The notes under the pieces were generated by a model. The model had not been told where the DNA came from and did no database searches. It saw only the letters and a list, made by a program, of their open reading frames with translations. Shown here piece by piece: positions 39,100 through 51,467 of a DNA stretch of 64,000 nt. The stretch is taken from contig NC_057751.1 in the NCBI RefSeq assembly GCF_004010195.1, positions 10,057,457 through 10,121,456 on the forward strand, read 5' to 3'. A program made the translations under genes and the position numbers. The stretch comes from Chiloscyllium plagiosum (Eukaryota). The first letter of the stretch is position 1. Every line of letters starts with the position of its first letter.

Positions 39100-40402
39100 A
39101 ATTTCGTCTGCACCTATCTGCCTATTTTACCAATTTCACCAACACATTCCACCCCGATTAAGTTCACCTGGACCATCTTGGACACCTCCCTCCTCTTACT
39201 GGATCTCTCCATCTCCATCAACGGTGACTGCCTCAACACAGACATCATTTACAAACCCACCGACTCTCATCTCTACTGGACTACACTTTGTCTCCTGTAA
39301 AAATTCTATCCCTTAATCCCAATTCCTCCACCTCCACCACATCTGCTCCCAGGAAGACTAGTTCCATCATAAAACATACTAGATGGCCTCCTTCTTCAAA
39401 TTCCACATTTTCCCCTCCCATTGATGCCCTGCAGCGCATCTTATCTACTTCCTGCACTTCCGCCCCTTCAAACTCCACCCCTGCAACAAAGACAGAAGCC
39501 CGCTGGTCCTCACCTTCCACCCCACCAATCTCTGGATACATCGTATCATCCTCCGCCATTTCCGCTACCTACAAATGGACCCCACCACCAGAGATATGTT
39601 CCCTCCCCATCCCTATCTGCATTCCGTAGAGACCATTCCCTCTGCGACTCTCTTGTCAGGTCCATGCCCCCCACCAACTCACCGTCCCCTCCTGGTACCT
39701 TCCCCTGCCAGCGCAAGAATTGCAAACCCTATGCCCACACCTCCCCCTCACCTCTGTCCAAGGCCCCAAAGGAGCCTTCCACATTCATCATAGATTTACC
39801 TGCGCACCCACACGTCATTTACTGTATCCGTTACTGTATCCAGTCTCCTCTACATTGGGGAGACAGGACGCCAACTTGCGGAACGTTTCAGAGAATATAT
39901 CTGGGACACACGCACTAAACAAACCCACCACTCTGTGGCTGAACACTTTAATTCCCCTCCCAATCCACCAAGCCATGCCAGTTCTGGGCCTCCTCCATCG
40001 TCAAATCCTAACCACCCGATGACTGGAGGAAGAACACCTCATCTTCTGCCTTGGGACCCTCCAACCACACGGAATTAATGTGGATTTCACCAGTTTCCTC
40101 ATTTTCCCTCCCCCCACCTTATCCCAGAACCAACCTTCTAACTGCACTGCCCTCATGACTTGTCCTACCTGTCCATCTTTCTTCCTACCTATCTGCTCCA
40201 CCCTCCTCTCTGACCTATCACAATTACCCCCACCTTCATCCACCTATCGCACTCTCAGCTACCTTCCTCCCAGCTTCACCCCCTCGCATTTATCTCTGTA
40301 TCTCCTTGGTTCACAAGTCTCATTCCTGATCAAGGGCTTAAGTTGATTCTCCTGCTCCTCGGATGCTGCCTGACCTGCTGTGCTTTTCCAGCACCTCACT
40401 CT
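39100..40402 (+). mobile_element. Penelope-like element, RT C-terminus + GIY-YIG + pLTR
   Basis: IKFTWTILDTSLLLLDLSISINGD.LNTDIIYKPTDSH; YIGETGRQLAERFRE; hammerhead partly deleted near 40326. Confidence 0.9.
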
Positions 40403-40779
40403 CGTCTGTTTTACCAATGTGTCCAGTCAATGTCTTTTGAAGTTCCATATGTTGTCCCAGAAGTTTACAATTCCGTAAAGTTTTGTATCGCCTTAAAGCT
40501 TTGAAATGGTCCCATTTAAGCCACAATCTAGTTCATGTATATATGTCTCAGGAAAAGCAAGGCTCTCAAGAAACTCCATTGCAGACCTTCATCCAGCCCA
40601 ATAGGTATCCATTAATTATTCCTCTCAGTTTGCTACCTCTCAGCCAATTTTGTATTCACACAGCTACTATCCCTTTTGTTCTATGAGCTGCCACTTTCCT
40701 CACAAGGCTATTGTGTGGTATTGCATCTTATGCCTTTTGGAGTTCAGTGCAAACCACATCAACAGCATTTCTCTGCTGT

Positions 40780-41090
40780 TTTTTGTAAATATATTTATTA
40801 GCAAAGAAAAACCTTTTTTTGACTTTACAAAAATACAAAGTTATGGAAAATATAACAAATACCAGTATAATAAAAAACACAAATTACAATACAACTACTG
40901 TCTGCCAACTACTAACCTACCCTATAAAACAAAAGAAAACCAGACACTGTGCAAAACAACATCAATAAATAAGTAAGTGACCAAAAAAAAATCAAAAGAA
41001 CACACAAAATAAACAAAATATTAATGCTCGGTGTAAAGTTCCCAAACAAAAAAGGGGAGTGTTGTATTTATACCCGTATTAACTCAGCAT
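40780..41090 (-). mobile_element. L1/Tx1-like 3'UTR fragment
   Basis: A-rich on the plus strand (T-rich 3'UTR with AATAAA on minus); resembles 35980-36245. Confidence 0.45.
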
Positions 41091-41101
41091 TCCTCTCTTA
41101 A

Positions 41102-41330
41102 GGGGAAATTGGGTACTGCAGATGCTGGAGGTTCGAGTCAAGATTAGAGTCATGCTGGAAAAGCACAGCAGGTCAGGCAGCATCCGAGGAGCAGAAAAAT
41201 CGACATTTTGGCCAAAAGCCCTTCATCAGGAATCCTGATGAAGAGCTTTTGCCCAAAACATAGATTTTCCTGCTCCTCAGATGCTGCCTGACCTGCTGTG
41301 CTTTTCCAGCATGATTCTAATCTTGATTCT
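41102..41330. mobile_element. PLE fold-back palindrome
   Basis: Arms converge at cttcatcagg-aat-cctgatgaag; TSD tctcttaa (41094-41101, 41331-41338); both hammerheads lack G12. Confidence 0.85.
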
Positions 41331-41339
41331 TCTCTTAAT

Positions 41340-43560
41340 CCTCTCTGTCACCTCTTTAAAAAGACAGGAAGTAAGTTCGTTTGTCACAACCTTTTCTTAA
41401 CAACTCCACATTGACTCTTCTACATCAAATCCTACTTGTCCCCATGATGATATATTCTACCCTGAATTTTTGCATTTAGAAGTTTCCTCCATAACTAAGT
41501 TAAACTGACTGATCTGTCATTGCTGGCAGGATTTTAAAACCGTTTTTGAGCAAGGATGTAATGGTTTCAATTTTCCAATCCTTTGCTACTACATTGAATC
41601 CAGGAAAGAATAGTAAGTGAATAGAATACCCAACAGCCTGGACAGAGTGGATATTGGGAAGATGTTTCCATTGGCAGGAGAGATGAGGACCAGAGGGCAC
41701 AGCCTAAGAGTAAAGGGAGGAGCCTTTAAAATGGAGACAAGGAGAAACCTCTTTCTCTCTTTCACAAGAGATTGGTGAATCTGTGGAATTCATTGCCACA
41801 GAAGGCTGTGGAGGCCAGGTCATTGAGTATAGTTAAAACAGAGATTATAAGTTCTTGATTGCCAAGTGGGTCAAAGGTTGCAGGGAGAAAATAGGAAAAT
41901 GGGCTTGAAAAACATATCAGCCATATTGAATGATGGAGCAGACTCAATGGGCCAAATGGCCTAATTCTTGTTTCTATGTCTTATGGTCTGAAGATTGAAA
42001 AATATTTGCCATCTTAGTTGCCAGTCTTTTTTTTTCAGAATCCCTCTTTGCTTCGAGTTTTTGCTTTCTCACTTCCCTACTGAATCTTCTGTATTTGGCT
42101 TTGTTCTCAGTTGTTTGTACAACCTGATACCTGTCATCAGCACATTCTTTTTCTTCCTTCATTTCTTTCCATTCTGATGTCCAAGGATTTGTTTGCCCTA
42201 TCTATCTCTTTGGGAGAATAGACATTGACTGTGCTGAAGCCATCTCCTCATTCTTGTGTGTCATCCTGATTTAGGCTTCATTGTTTTCTCCCTTATTCCA
42301 ATTGCACCTATTCACTTAAAATTTTCCATTTTAGTGCTATTTGCCTCTCCAATCCCTGATATTACTTTCTAATATTCTGCACACCTGCACTGAGCTCACT
42401 TAAACCCTCCTCAACTGCACTAGTAAAAAGCATTCAATACTGAGTCTGTTCAAATACACACAGTCCAGCTTGCACAGGCACCATCTCTTCCAGAGCCAGT
42501 CTCAATATCTCAGAAATCCAGTGCACTCCCTCATGTGCCATCTTTCCAGTCACACATTCATCTGTCTTAGCTTCCTATTTCTGTATTCCCTTTTATGTGG
42601 CACTACTGATTACTACTTCAGAGCTCCTGCGTGTTTTACCACTGTAGTTTTACATCTGCAGTTTTTTTGTCTCTTAGTTTATACCACTGCAAAGTCTCTT
42701 CAAAAGGATGCCTACTTTGAAGAATTTCTCTGCCTCCCTCAGGCGTGAACGCAGTGAGTCCTTTCTCACTGTCACACTGCTGTGACCTCTTCAGCCCTTT
42801 GGCTCTTTGCTCCCCCTACCCCAATTCTAGTCTTGAAAAATGGTTAATACCCAAAATGTTGACTTTTCCACCTCCTGATGCTGCCTGGCTTGTTGTGTTC
42901 TTCCAGCCTCCTGTTTGTCTACTTTGGATTCCAGCATCTGCAGTTTTTTTATCTCTGCTAATTTTCTACAGAGATCCGAAGATTTGAATTGCAGGGCCAC
43001 ATGCCATCACCTCCCTACGTTGTTAGTGCCATTGTAAGTGTGACCACTGGCTCTTCTCCCCCAAAAGAATATTTTGCAGTTGTTCTGTAACATCTATCAC
43101 CCTCGCACCAGGGAGGCAATATACTATCCTGGAGTCACGTTGATGGTCACAAGAGATATCTATCTGTTCTCCCAACTAATGAATCTGCTATCAATATTGC
43201 CCTTCCTCTCTTCTTTCCCTCTTCAGGTACAGTTGTGCCACCTGTGGTTCCTGCTGCACTCCTTGAACAATTCATCACCTTCAACTGCGATCCAACATGG
43301 AAAATTGGTTTGTGAACAGGACTATTTGGGTCTTCTGTTCTTTGTGCCTATTTCTGTTAGATTACCAGGTGTTACCCATTCCCCTTCAGCTTGCTTGTCC
43401 CTAACTTGCAGTAGGACCACCTCTCTGAACATGCTTTCCATATTGTTCTTTGCCTCATGGAGGCAACTCAGTGACTCTAAAGTCTGGAGCTCAAACTCGG
43501 ACAGCCAGTGACATATCCTCCTCTTGGTCTCCAAAATGTCTGCGTTTGTCCACATGCCAC
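41340..43560. mobile_element. Cluster of old CR1 fragments (minus-strand ORF2/ORF1 relics; plus-strand 3' end 41633-41990; PLE tail ~42830-42955)
   Basis: KDWKIETITSLLK; CLSCGMW..ELQTLESL..MESMFREVV (CR1 ORF1 N-terminus). Confidence 0.65.
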
Positions 43561-44377
43561 AGGATAGGCAATCTGTTTGGTCAAGCTGCCTTGCTAGACC
43601 TAAACTTATACTTTTCAAATACTTACTGTAACTTTGATTAACTTCACTCTTGGTTTCTTAAATAATACATGGAGATAAGGAGAAAGTGGAAATTCCTCAC
43701 CCCTGCTCACAAATCAATTCCTTCTTCTGTGCCGAGAAATTCTTTCTTTCCCTGTGCTCATTCAGAAATTTATATTTAAGTTTGTGAAGTTCAAACACAG
43801 TCCCTTACAGTCGTTGCTCAACAACCAATCAACTGACTACTTTCCTGTGATGCCATCCTTAGACTTTGTTTTGTTTTCCTCACACTATTTTATTTGGTGC
43901 CCACACATCCCCTTTCCTCGCATTTTCGGGGCTGCTGACTTTCTCCACATCCTCCGCCATTCTGCTGCAACCTTATCTGGATTTTCTTTATGTAGCCAAG
44001 AGACTCTGGCATCAATTGAGACAGCACAAACCAGGAACTGAACCTCAACTCTAGATGACTCAACTGCAAAACGCCTTCATTCTGCAGTTTTCCAAAATCA
44101 ACAGATAAATGGAAGGTTGTGTAAGTCCCACTAAATAACAGTAAATCAGTTGTGTTTCTGTAACACACCCTTGACTAGTTTGGTCCAGAAACACTCTTGC
44201 GCAGTATGTGGCCAGTTAACAACTGGGAACCTTATTTGTCGGAATGCAGTTGTGAAGGTTTTCTTAATGGGGGAATATGTGCAAGTATTATTTCTTGTAT
44301 GTGTCAGAAATCCATGAGAATGCTCATTCCCATATTCTCACCAGCTGATGTACTAACAATGGTAATTAAAGCAAATA

Positions 44378-44510
44378 TTCTGAAGAAGGGTCACTGGACC
44401 CAAAACGTTAACTGTGATTTCTCTCAACGGATGCTTCCAGACCTGTTGAGATTTCCAGCAATTTCTGTTTTTGTTTCTGACTTCCAGCATCTGCAGTTCT
44501 TTTGTTCTTT
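44378..44510 (+). mobile_element. PLE tail with hammerhead-like core (fourth family)
   Basis: att-CTGAAGA-a-GGGTC-actg-GACCC-AAAA-CGTT-aac; G12 changed to A at a CpG. Confidence 0.7.
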
Positions 44511-45124
44511 TTTTGTTAAGCAAATGTCTTGTTTAAAATTGAAACATTTTCTGTTTTTAATTAACATAGTTCTGTACTTGAATGAAAACCACATGAGACT
44601 TTTTTTGTAATTGTTTTGCCTTCCTGTATATGAGCTCATGCCAGATCGAGAAACATATGTTGTTTGTAACTTTTGTACATTTTTCAAACAATTGGCTGAA
44701 GTGAACATCTAGCTCAAGCAAGGCTTTACATCAAAAGGTTTTAATTTGTAACTTATTTTCTTTAATAAAAAAAACTGGATTTGATTCCAGTTTAGAACAG
44801 AAATAGAATGATAGCAGTATTGCAAATAAAATCACTTAACACTGTTCCACTTCTCCAATTTAAATGAAGACATATATATCAAACTTCAGGAGAAAATTAG
44901 CTTTTTTATTCACAGTCATTAATTGGAAATATTAGGTTTGGAATCAAGTAGTACATTGATTCAAACAATGCCATTACTCCTCAAGAATCTTGCACTGGAT
45001 TTAATGGCTAATACTCCATTATATCAACCCTTCACAACTGAAATCAGTGGCTCAAACTGACTATATTCTCTGCACATGTCTTTGGAGAAACCTATTTACA
45101 GGTACCTGAGCAAGTTCCCAGCTC

Positions 45125-45139
45125 ATATATATATATATA
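45125..45139. repeat. (AT)n microsatellite at a CR1 tail
   Basis: atatatatatatata. Confidence 0.8.
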
Positions 45140-45265
45140 TGAACATATTAATTAGGAGCAGGAATAAGCCATTTGGCCCTTTGAGCCTGCTCCGCTATTT
45201 CATAACATCATGGCTGATCTGACTCTAACTTCACCTTCAGCCTACCTCCAATAACCTGTCATCCT

Positions 45266-45584
45266 GGATGTAAGTTTGCTTGCTGAGCTGAAAGGTTCAT
45301 TTTCAGACCTTTCATCATCATACTAGGTAACTTCATCAGTGAGCCTCTGGTGAAGCGCTAATGATGTCATTTTTAGCAACACATCACCACAGGAAATGAC
45401 ATCACCAACCCAAGGAAGACATAAACACATAAATAGAAAGCGGGTCACTAAAACCAGCGCTTCACCGGAGCTCACTTATGATGTTAACTAGTGACAAAAC
45501 GTCTGAAAAGGTACCTTGCCATTCAGCGAGCAAACTTACATCCAGAACCTCAACCTGAGCTACAAATCTTCTCAAAACTCGCTA
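45266..45584. mobile_element. Short fold-back of the 20.5-kb PLE family, inserted in a minus-strand CR1 3'UTR (45140-45640)
   Basis: Inverted arms ggatgtaagtttgc / gcaaacttacatcc; degenerate TSD taacctgtcatcc / taagctgtcttcc. Confidence 0.8.
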
Positions 45585-45745
45585 AGCTGTCTTCCTTTTG
45601 CTGACCAAAAGTTTATCCCCCTCTGTCTTAAGAATGCAGAGAAAATTCTTCAAGGGATTGAATAAAAAAATTAATGAGAAAGATTTTACTTCCTTGGCAT
45701 TCACAAGAGGTTCCACAGGATGAATTTAAGAATCTTTCCTAATTT

Positions 45746-45937
45746 GGAGGTGCCGGTTTTGGACTGGGGTGTACAAGGTTAAAAATCACACAACACCAGA
45801 TTATAGTTCAACAGGTTTATATGGAAACACTAGCTTTTGGAACACTGCTCCTTTACCTGGTGAACGAGCAGCATTCCGAAAGCTCGTGCTTCCAAATAAA
45901 TCTGTTGGACTTTAACCTGATGCTGTGTGATTTTTAA
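45746..45937. mobile_element. Fold-back palindrome of a third PLE-like family
   Basis: gttaaaaatcacacaacacc / gtgtgatttttaac arms; TSD ctttcctaattt (45734-45745, 45938-45949). Confidence 0.8.
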
Positions 45938-47759
45938 CTTTCCTAATTTATTTTTTATGCATCAGTAAATTCCTGTTCTCTTAGTGAAACAGACCAAAGA
46001 ACGGGCCAACAGACATCAAAATGGACATAACCAACAAAGACTATCTGGAAGACATTGGCAAAAAGTCTTAATAAAAAATATATTGGGATGTTTTCAGTGA
46101 CTGTAAATCCCCTGTGCATAAAAACTCTTTCATTACAGAAATGATTACCTCTAACTTGCATGATTAATGCTGCTCAAGACCCACCAGTGAGAGGTTAAGA
46201 GAACAATTTTCCACATGGACAACACAGTAGAAGTAGAAGAATTTTAACAAATTCAGAATAACCAGAACATATTATAGGTCTGATAATATGAGACATTGGG
46301 GGCTGTTGTGGGCAAAGGTGAATGATTCATTGTATGAATCCCAAGGTGGGAATTTTGATTCTTTGTCCAGCTCACAGATTCCACATTCTGATTCACAGTT
46401 GTGACATCATTGGTTTGACCTTCCCCAATTTCTCCAGATGCTGGTGCCTTTCTCAACAGCACCACTCTGTTCCACGAATCTATCCTCATTGCTGCTGGGT
46501 CCTAGACCCCTACATGATATTGTCACTTGTTACCAAACTGCCACAGTTCTTATGCAAGTTAGAACTATCCCAAATTCTGATTCAATTAAACCCCTATTCC
46601 TCTTTCCAACTGAACCTCCATTAATTCCTACCATCTTGTTATGACAGCCAAGAACCCGTGCTTCAACACTCATAAACCCTACACTGAGCTCTTACTGAAC
46701 TTCTGTTGATGTTGCTACTTTTAGTATTATTTAACACAATAGTGCCTAATCTAAGGAATTTCTACCTCCTCTGCTTTTATCATTCTGCAGAAATATCCAT
46801 CACTGTTATCACAGTCTAACATCTCTGTCATGGTGCCAGACCCAAGGAACTATGTGTGAAAATAGCTGGGGTACAAATGGGGATTAAAATATTATGTATC
46901 AGTGTCTTTTGATTCACTGTTCACAGAAAAATGGCATAGAATTCCTAGAAAATCATGTGTTAAAATGAAAGTTATTGCAAATGAAGTGGTCTGATAACAC
47001 ATTTGTCCATTATGTAGAAATCATTCTTTCTTGGTACAAACAACATATTCTTTTTGAGCATTGCCAACGATATCCTGTAATTGTAATTCTAAAACAGTGG
47101 ATCCAACACAAGTTATCTATCCCACTTCCTCTCCCTGTCTTACACTCTCTCACTGAGATAATGCAACATAGATATAATCAGATGTACACAGCGAATTGAC
47201 TTATGGTAAAATTTGCATCAATTTAGATTTCCTCTAATTAGCTGTCTGGTGCGTAAAATTCTCAGTTGTAATTTGCCTGTTCGCAAATTTCTTCACAAGG
47301 AGGGGTGAAATAAATTATTTAAAATACTTTCTGAAAATGTTTAGATCCACTATTTTTCCACTCAGCTTCCTAACTACACATGGATTTAAACTCAATTCTA
47401 ATTCAAGTATGGATAAAGTCAACCTGAGTATTGTAAGATTTCAATCTTTTGTTAGAAATGCAGCATGTAAATGTGAAATCTAAGATCTATAAGTTATCCT
47501 GAGGTATTGAATTTAGCACAACCCCGAATGGTGCAGACCAGTTTTTGCTCCCAGTGCTTTATTCTTGGCCCAAACTGACTTGCAACAACTTGCACAGATA
47601 CAGCATATTCTATGTACTTTCGTCTTCATCATGTCCATAGTTCTTCTCTTCAACATGACTTTCCTTGGGCCATGTCTGTTTGTGTTAAGTTTTCAGCACC
47701 ACACATTACACTTCACAGGTATCGTTTGGGTTCTGCAAACAGCTTATGTACTTCACCAA

Positions 47760-47910
47760 AAAAATGAAAGAACTGCAGATGCTGGGAATCTGAAACAAAA
47801 GCAGAAATTGCAATTCTGAAGAAGGGTCAGTGGCTCTGAAAGGTTAACTCTGATTTCTTTCCACAATGCTGCCAGACCTGCTAAGCTTTTCCAGCAATTT
47901 CTGTTTTTTG
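47760..47910. mobile_element. PLE fold-back fragment (fourth family)
   Basis: cagaaattgc / gcaatttctg arms; CTGAAGA..GAAA core at 47816-47845. Confidence 0.7.
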
Positions 47911-48773
47911 GTATGTTCTTGGCCTATTTTTTAAGATTAATGGTGAGATCCTGGAAAATGTGGATGGCATTTAATCTGTTGGGAGCTTCCTCCCCAGAAA
48001 GCCGGACATGGACAATGATACTCATCATTGTTTCCAATGTGCTACCTCAGCCTTTGGGTGTGTGAGGAAGAGTATTTTTGAATCAGGCTCTCAAACTTGA
48101 CATGGAGGTCATGGTTTACAAGACAAACAGTGAACTCTGTACTTTTTTTAATATTGCAAACTCAGACAACAGCGAGCACTTTGACAAACATGTATTATCA
48201 AAGGTGCCTCAGCAAAATTCTCCAGGTCTGATAGTAAGAAAGCCAGTCTCTGAAGCCTGAATGCCTCGTCGCAAGTTGTGTTTCAGCAGTTCCACTTCAC
48301 TTGGTGGTGGCAGGAGGCTCCCAGGAGGACAATGAAAGTGTTCTTGAAGCATCTTTCAAGAGATGGAACATTCATGCTATCTGTGATCTATCAACACAAA
48401 AGAAGTTGTTCAGGGAGGCACCAAAGAAAAGGAGCAACTATGGCGAAACATGCTGCTGTGAAGTAAGGATTGTGTAGAGGTAACAGTTCCTCATGAATCT
48501 GCTCCTTCAAGTGCTGTGTGTGTTTACATGTTACAGGATGCAGAACAATAATAGCCCTTTCAGAAACCATTGAACTTGTCCTTGATCCCAGGGAATGCTT
48601 CAAAATAAAAGTGATATCTATTCTTATATGTGCACCAAACATGTTAAATCCCACGTGTGGTGTTTTATTACAGATACAAAACAAATTAAAAATGATGAAT
48701 GTTTCTGAATTGCAGTCTGACAAGCATAATTCAAGCCACAAAGTTAAATGTCATGTGTATGACTTTAGACTGT

Positions 48774-48988
48774 CATGATTTGGAGGTGCCAGTGTTGGAC
48801 TTGGGTGTATAAAGTTAAAAATCACACATCAGGGTATAGTCCAACAGGGTTATTTGGAAGCACGAGCTTTCGGAGCGCTGCTCCTTCATCAATGGTTGTC
48901 CACTTGATGAAGGAGCAGCAATCTGAAAGCTAGTGTTTCCAAATAAACCTGTTGGACTAAAACCTGGTGTTGTGTGATTTTTAACTTA
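48774..48988. mobile_element. Fold-back palindrome of the third PLE-like family
   Basis: TTGATGA-a-GGAGC-agc-GCTCC-GAAAGCTC on minus, with a degenerate mirror on plus; TSD agactgt (48767-48773, 48989-48995). Confidence 0.8.
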
Positions 48989-49029
48989 AGACTGTGTGCT
49001 CTTTACCATATTGCAGAATACAGGTAAAC

Positions 49030-49230
49030 TTCATAAAGATCTCTTGGCACTCTTTCAAAGCAAAGGTGAGTTATTCCTGGTGGTCCCAATAAACATCACA
49101 TAAAAACAGATTATCACATTGGTGTCCGTGGGAGTTTGTTAAGTGCAAATTAACTGCCGTGTTTCGTACATTTCAACAGTGACCACACTTTAAAAAACTA
49201 CTTTATGTTTGTGAGAAACAATATGTAAAT
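49030..49230 (+). mobile_element. Deu-domain SINE relic
   Basis: aaacagattatcacattgg..gtgggagttt..gtgcaaattaactgccgtgtttc.tacatt.caacagtgac.acactt resembles the AmnSINE1/SacSINE1 Deu domain. Confidence 0.6.
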
Positions 49231-49744
49231 GTTTTAATGTAATAGGTTACACTGTTACTGTGTGCATTTAAATGGCTGCCAGAATTAATGAGTCCAAAGA
49301 AGGAATAAAGAGAATAGTTGTTGAATAAAACCGCATTTAAAAATGTTCTAGCAAAAACTCTCAAAAGTTTTCTCAATGAATTCATCATCAACGGTCGAAA
49401 TGAAAAAAAACAGGAAATGCCGGAAATACTCAGCCGGTCAGACAGCATTTGTGGAAATTTAGATAAAAGTTAACGCTTCAGGCCAACTAGCTTTGCTCAG
49501 AAACTTGAGTATTGTTTGAGTTTGGGTGAGAAGATGGGATTAGAACAGGAAGAGTTAAAATGCAACCCACAGCCTCGAGTGACTATTTGAGATCGTTAAA
49601 ATAACAAGTCTGCTTTTCATTTCATTGTACATGGGAATAATTCTAAATGACGGAAATATATACATGACTGTTTGCCAAACTCTGACGGGAAAATAATGAA
49701 ATATGATTGTTTGCAGTCCTATCCCTGAGTCATAATTTATACAT

Positions 49745-50010
49745 GGTGCGAGAATCTGTTGAGTTTCGCGTTGTCGTACTTCCTGTCGCCTGTCCCTTCC
49801 TGTAGGACAATCTCTGCACGCCTTGTTGCGAGGCTGCATGCCCGGGGGAGGCGGCTGCCCTGTGCATGTTGGGAAATGTAGTTTTAATGTGACCGGATTC
49901 CTGCTGAAACGTCAACAAAAGACTACAATTTCCGGCCTGTCCCCGCGAGTCGAGTGCATGCGCAGATCGTGTGCGACTGTTAAATAGCGGCTGAGATTGA
50001 AGCGAGAGGT
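49745..50010. promoter_or_regulatory. CpG-rich housekeeping-type promoter with ZNF143/THAP11 (SBS), NRF1, ETS and E2F-like motifs
   Basis: ACTACATTTCCCAACATGC (49864-49882, minus), ACTACAATTTCCGGCCTG (from 49922, plus), GTGCATGCGCA (49954-49964), ACTTCCTG (49778-49785), TTTCGCG (49764-49770); the only CpG-dense non-TE segment in the window. Confidence 0.85.
49965..50008 (+). other. Probable non-coding first exon (start approximate)
   Basis: GAG|GTAAAG splice donor just downstream of the promoter motifs. Confidence 0.45.
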
Positions 50011-50328
50011 AAAGTGGAGATAAGGAAAACATTGTAAAAAAATCATTTGATAAAAAGTATTCAAAGCAGTATCCGATTCATAAGATGTGGAGACCATCAT
50101 GGCCCCGAAAACAGTAGTTGGTCACAAGCGCTTTAATCGAGTTGTTGGGGTTAATCTCACGTTGTATTGAAATTATTTATAATGAAGTAAAAAATATTGT
50201 ATAGTTGACCGAGGCCCCATGACAATGGCTTTAACCTGCCATTTCTTGCATTTTTATTTTGTACTGATGTCAATATCTTACGGCGCTACTGGCCTCTTTT
50301 TCAATGACAGTTCTTATCCAGGTTTACC

Positions 50329-50393
50329 ATGGAGAGTAGTTGTCTGGGAAGGGTAATGGAAAGTGCCCATTGCTTGTGGCACCCATGCCTGAG
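50329..50393 (+). CDS. Possible coding exon MESSCLGRVMESAHCLWHPCL(S)
   Basis: Acceptor ttatccag| at 50321, Kozak ttaccATGG, donor GAG|GTAAGA; its phase-2 end joins in frame to 63264. Confidence 0.35.
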
Positions 50394-51467
50394 GTAAGAG
50401 ACAGGGCCACTCTGGAGGGGTTAGTGACAACAGCAGTGTTACTTCCATTGGAACCAATGGGACCAAATGGGTTGTAAAATGCTCAGATTGAGCATTATCA
50501 TTCTGGCATGTTGGGTGACCGATAGGAATGGTATCAGGCTAATGAAAGACCATTGGCAAAGTAAGGAGCAATGAGATTTAATGTAAATGAGAAGGTGGGC
50601 TTACCTGTCACCATACAGTATTATCCTCTCAAAGATCTCGAGGTAAATATCTTGAATTTGATTTTTTTATTGGCAGTTCTCAATTCCTTTACTGTTCCTC
50701 AACACCACTGATGTATGTGAACAATTTCTGGCTTATGTTGGTTGAAAAGAGGAAATTGACCAAAATGAATTTTCTCAGAGCAGCTGTTGTCTATCTTATT
50801 TTGTTGCTGCTGTAATTTGCTGGACTTTTCCCATGAATTCCGTGCAGGATGTAAACAAGGCATTAGTCTTCATTGTCAGGAAGCTACTGGAATGTATTTG
50901 TTGGGCAGAAAGCACAAAGTTGTCACGCTGAAGTCTGCAAACTCACTCCTCCCTGCTTTTGCCTTGGGATTGGCTGATGATGATTTCCCATTTCTTTCAG
51001 TATGGATTTTCCTGTTGGAAGTGCACTGGAACAAGAGTGACAGTGTAATAGGAGCAATGACAGTGACTATTATTGTGACATTATTTTTTGACAGTGTAGT
51101 GGTGGTAGATATTTGTTAAACAACCTGTTCAGACATGATGTGACAAAATCCCCCATCCCCACCACAGCAGCTGGTCTTGGCCCACAGGTGGTGATGCTCT
51201 CACTGCATCGCGAAGTCCAGTCTCAGAACTCAGACATGGTGATCTTGGCATAATCACAGTGCTAACAGCTCCATTGAAGTCACAAAGATAAAAGTAGAAA
51301 AAGAACAGTGCAATAGAATTAGGGTAAAATTCAATGTCACAATAACATGGACTTGATTCATGAAATATTCAGCTGGGAAGGAATCTTGTTAGGAATGTGT
51401 CAAAATCCCAGAGCATTTGCTGCAGAAGAAGATTTGCATCAGATACCAAGTTTAGATACATGCCATA

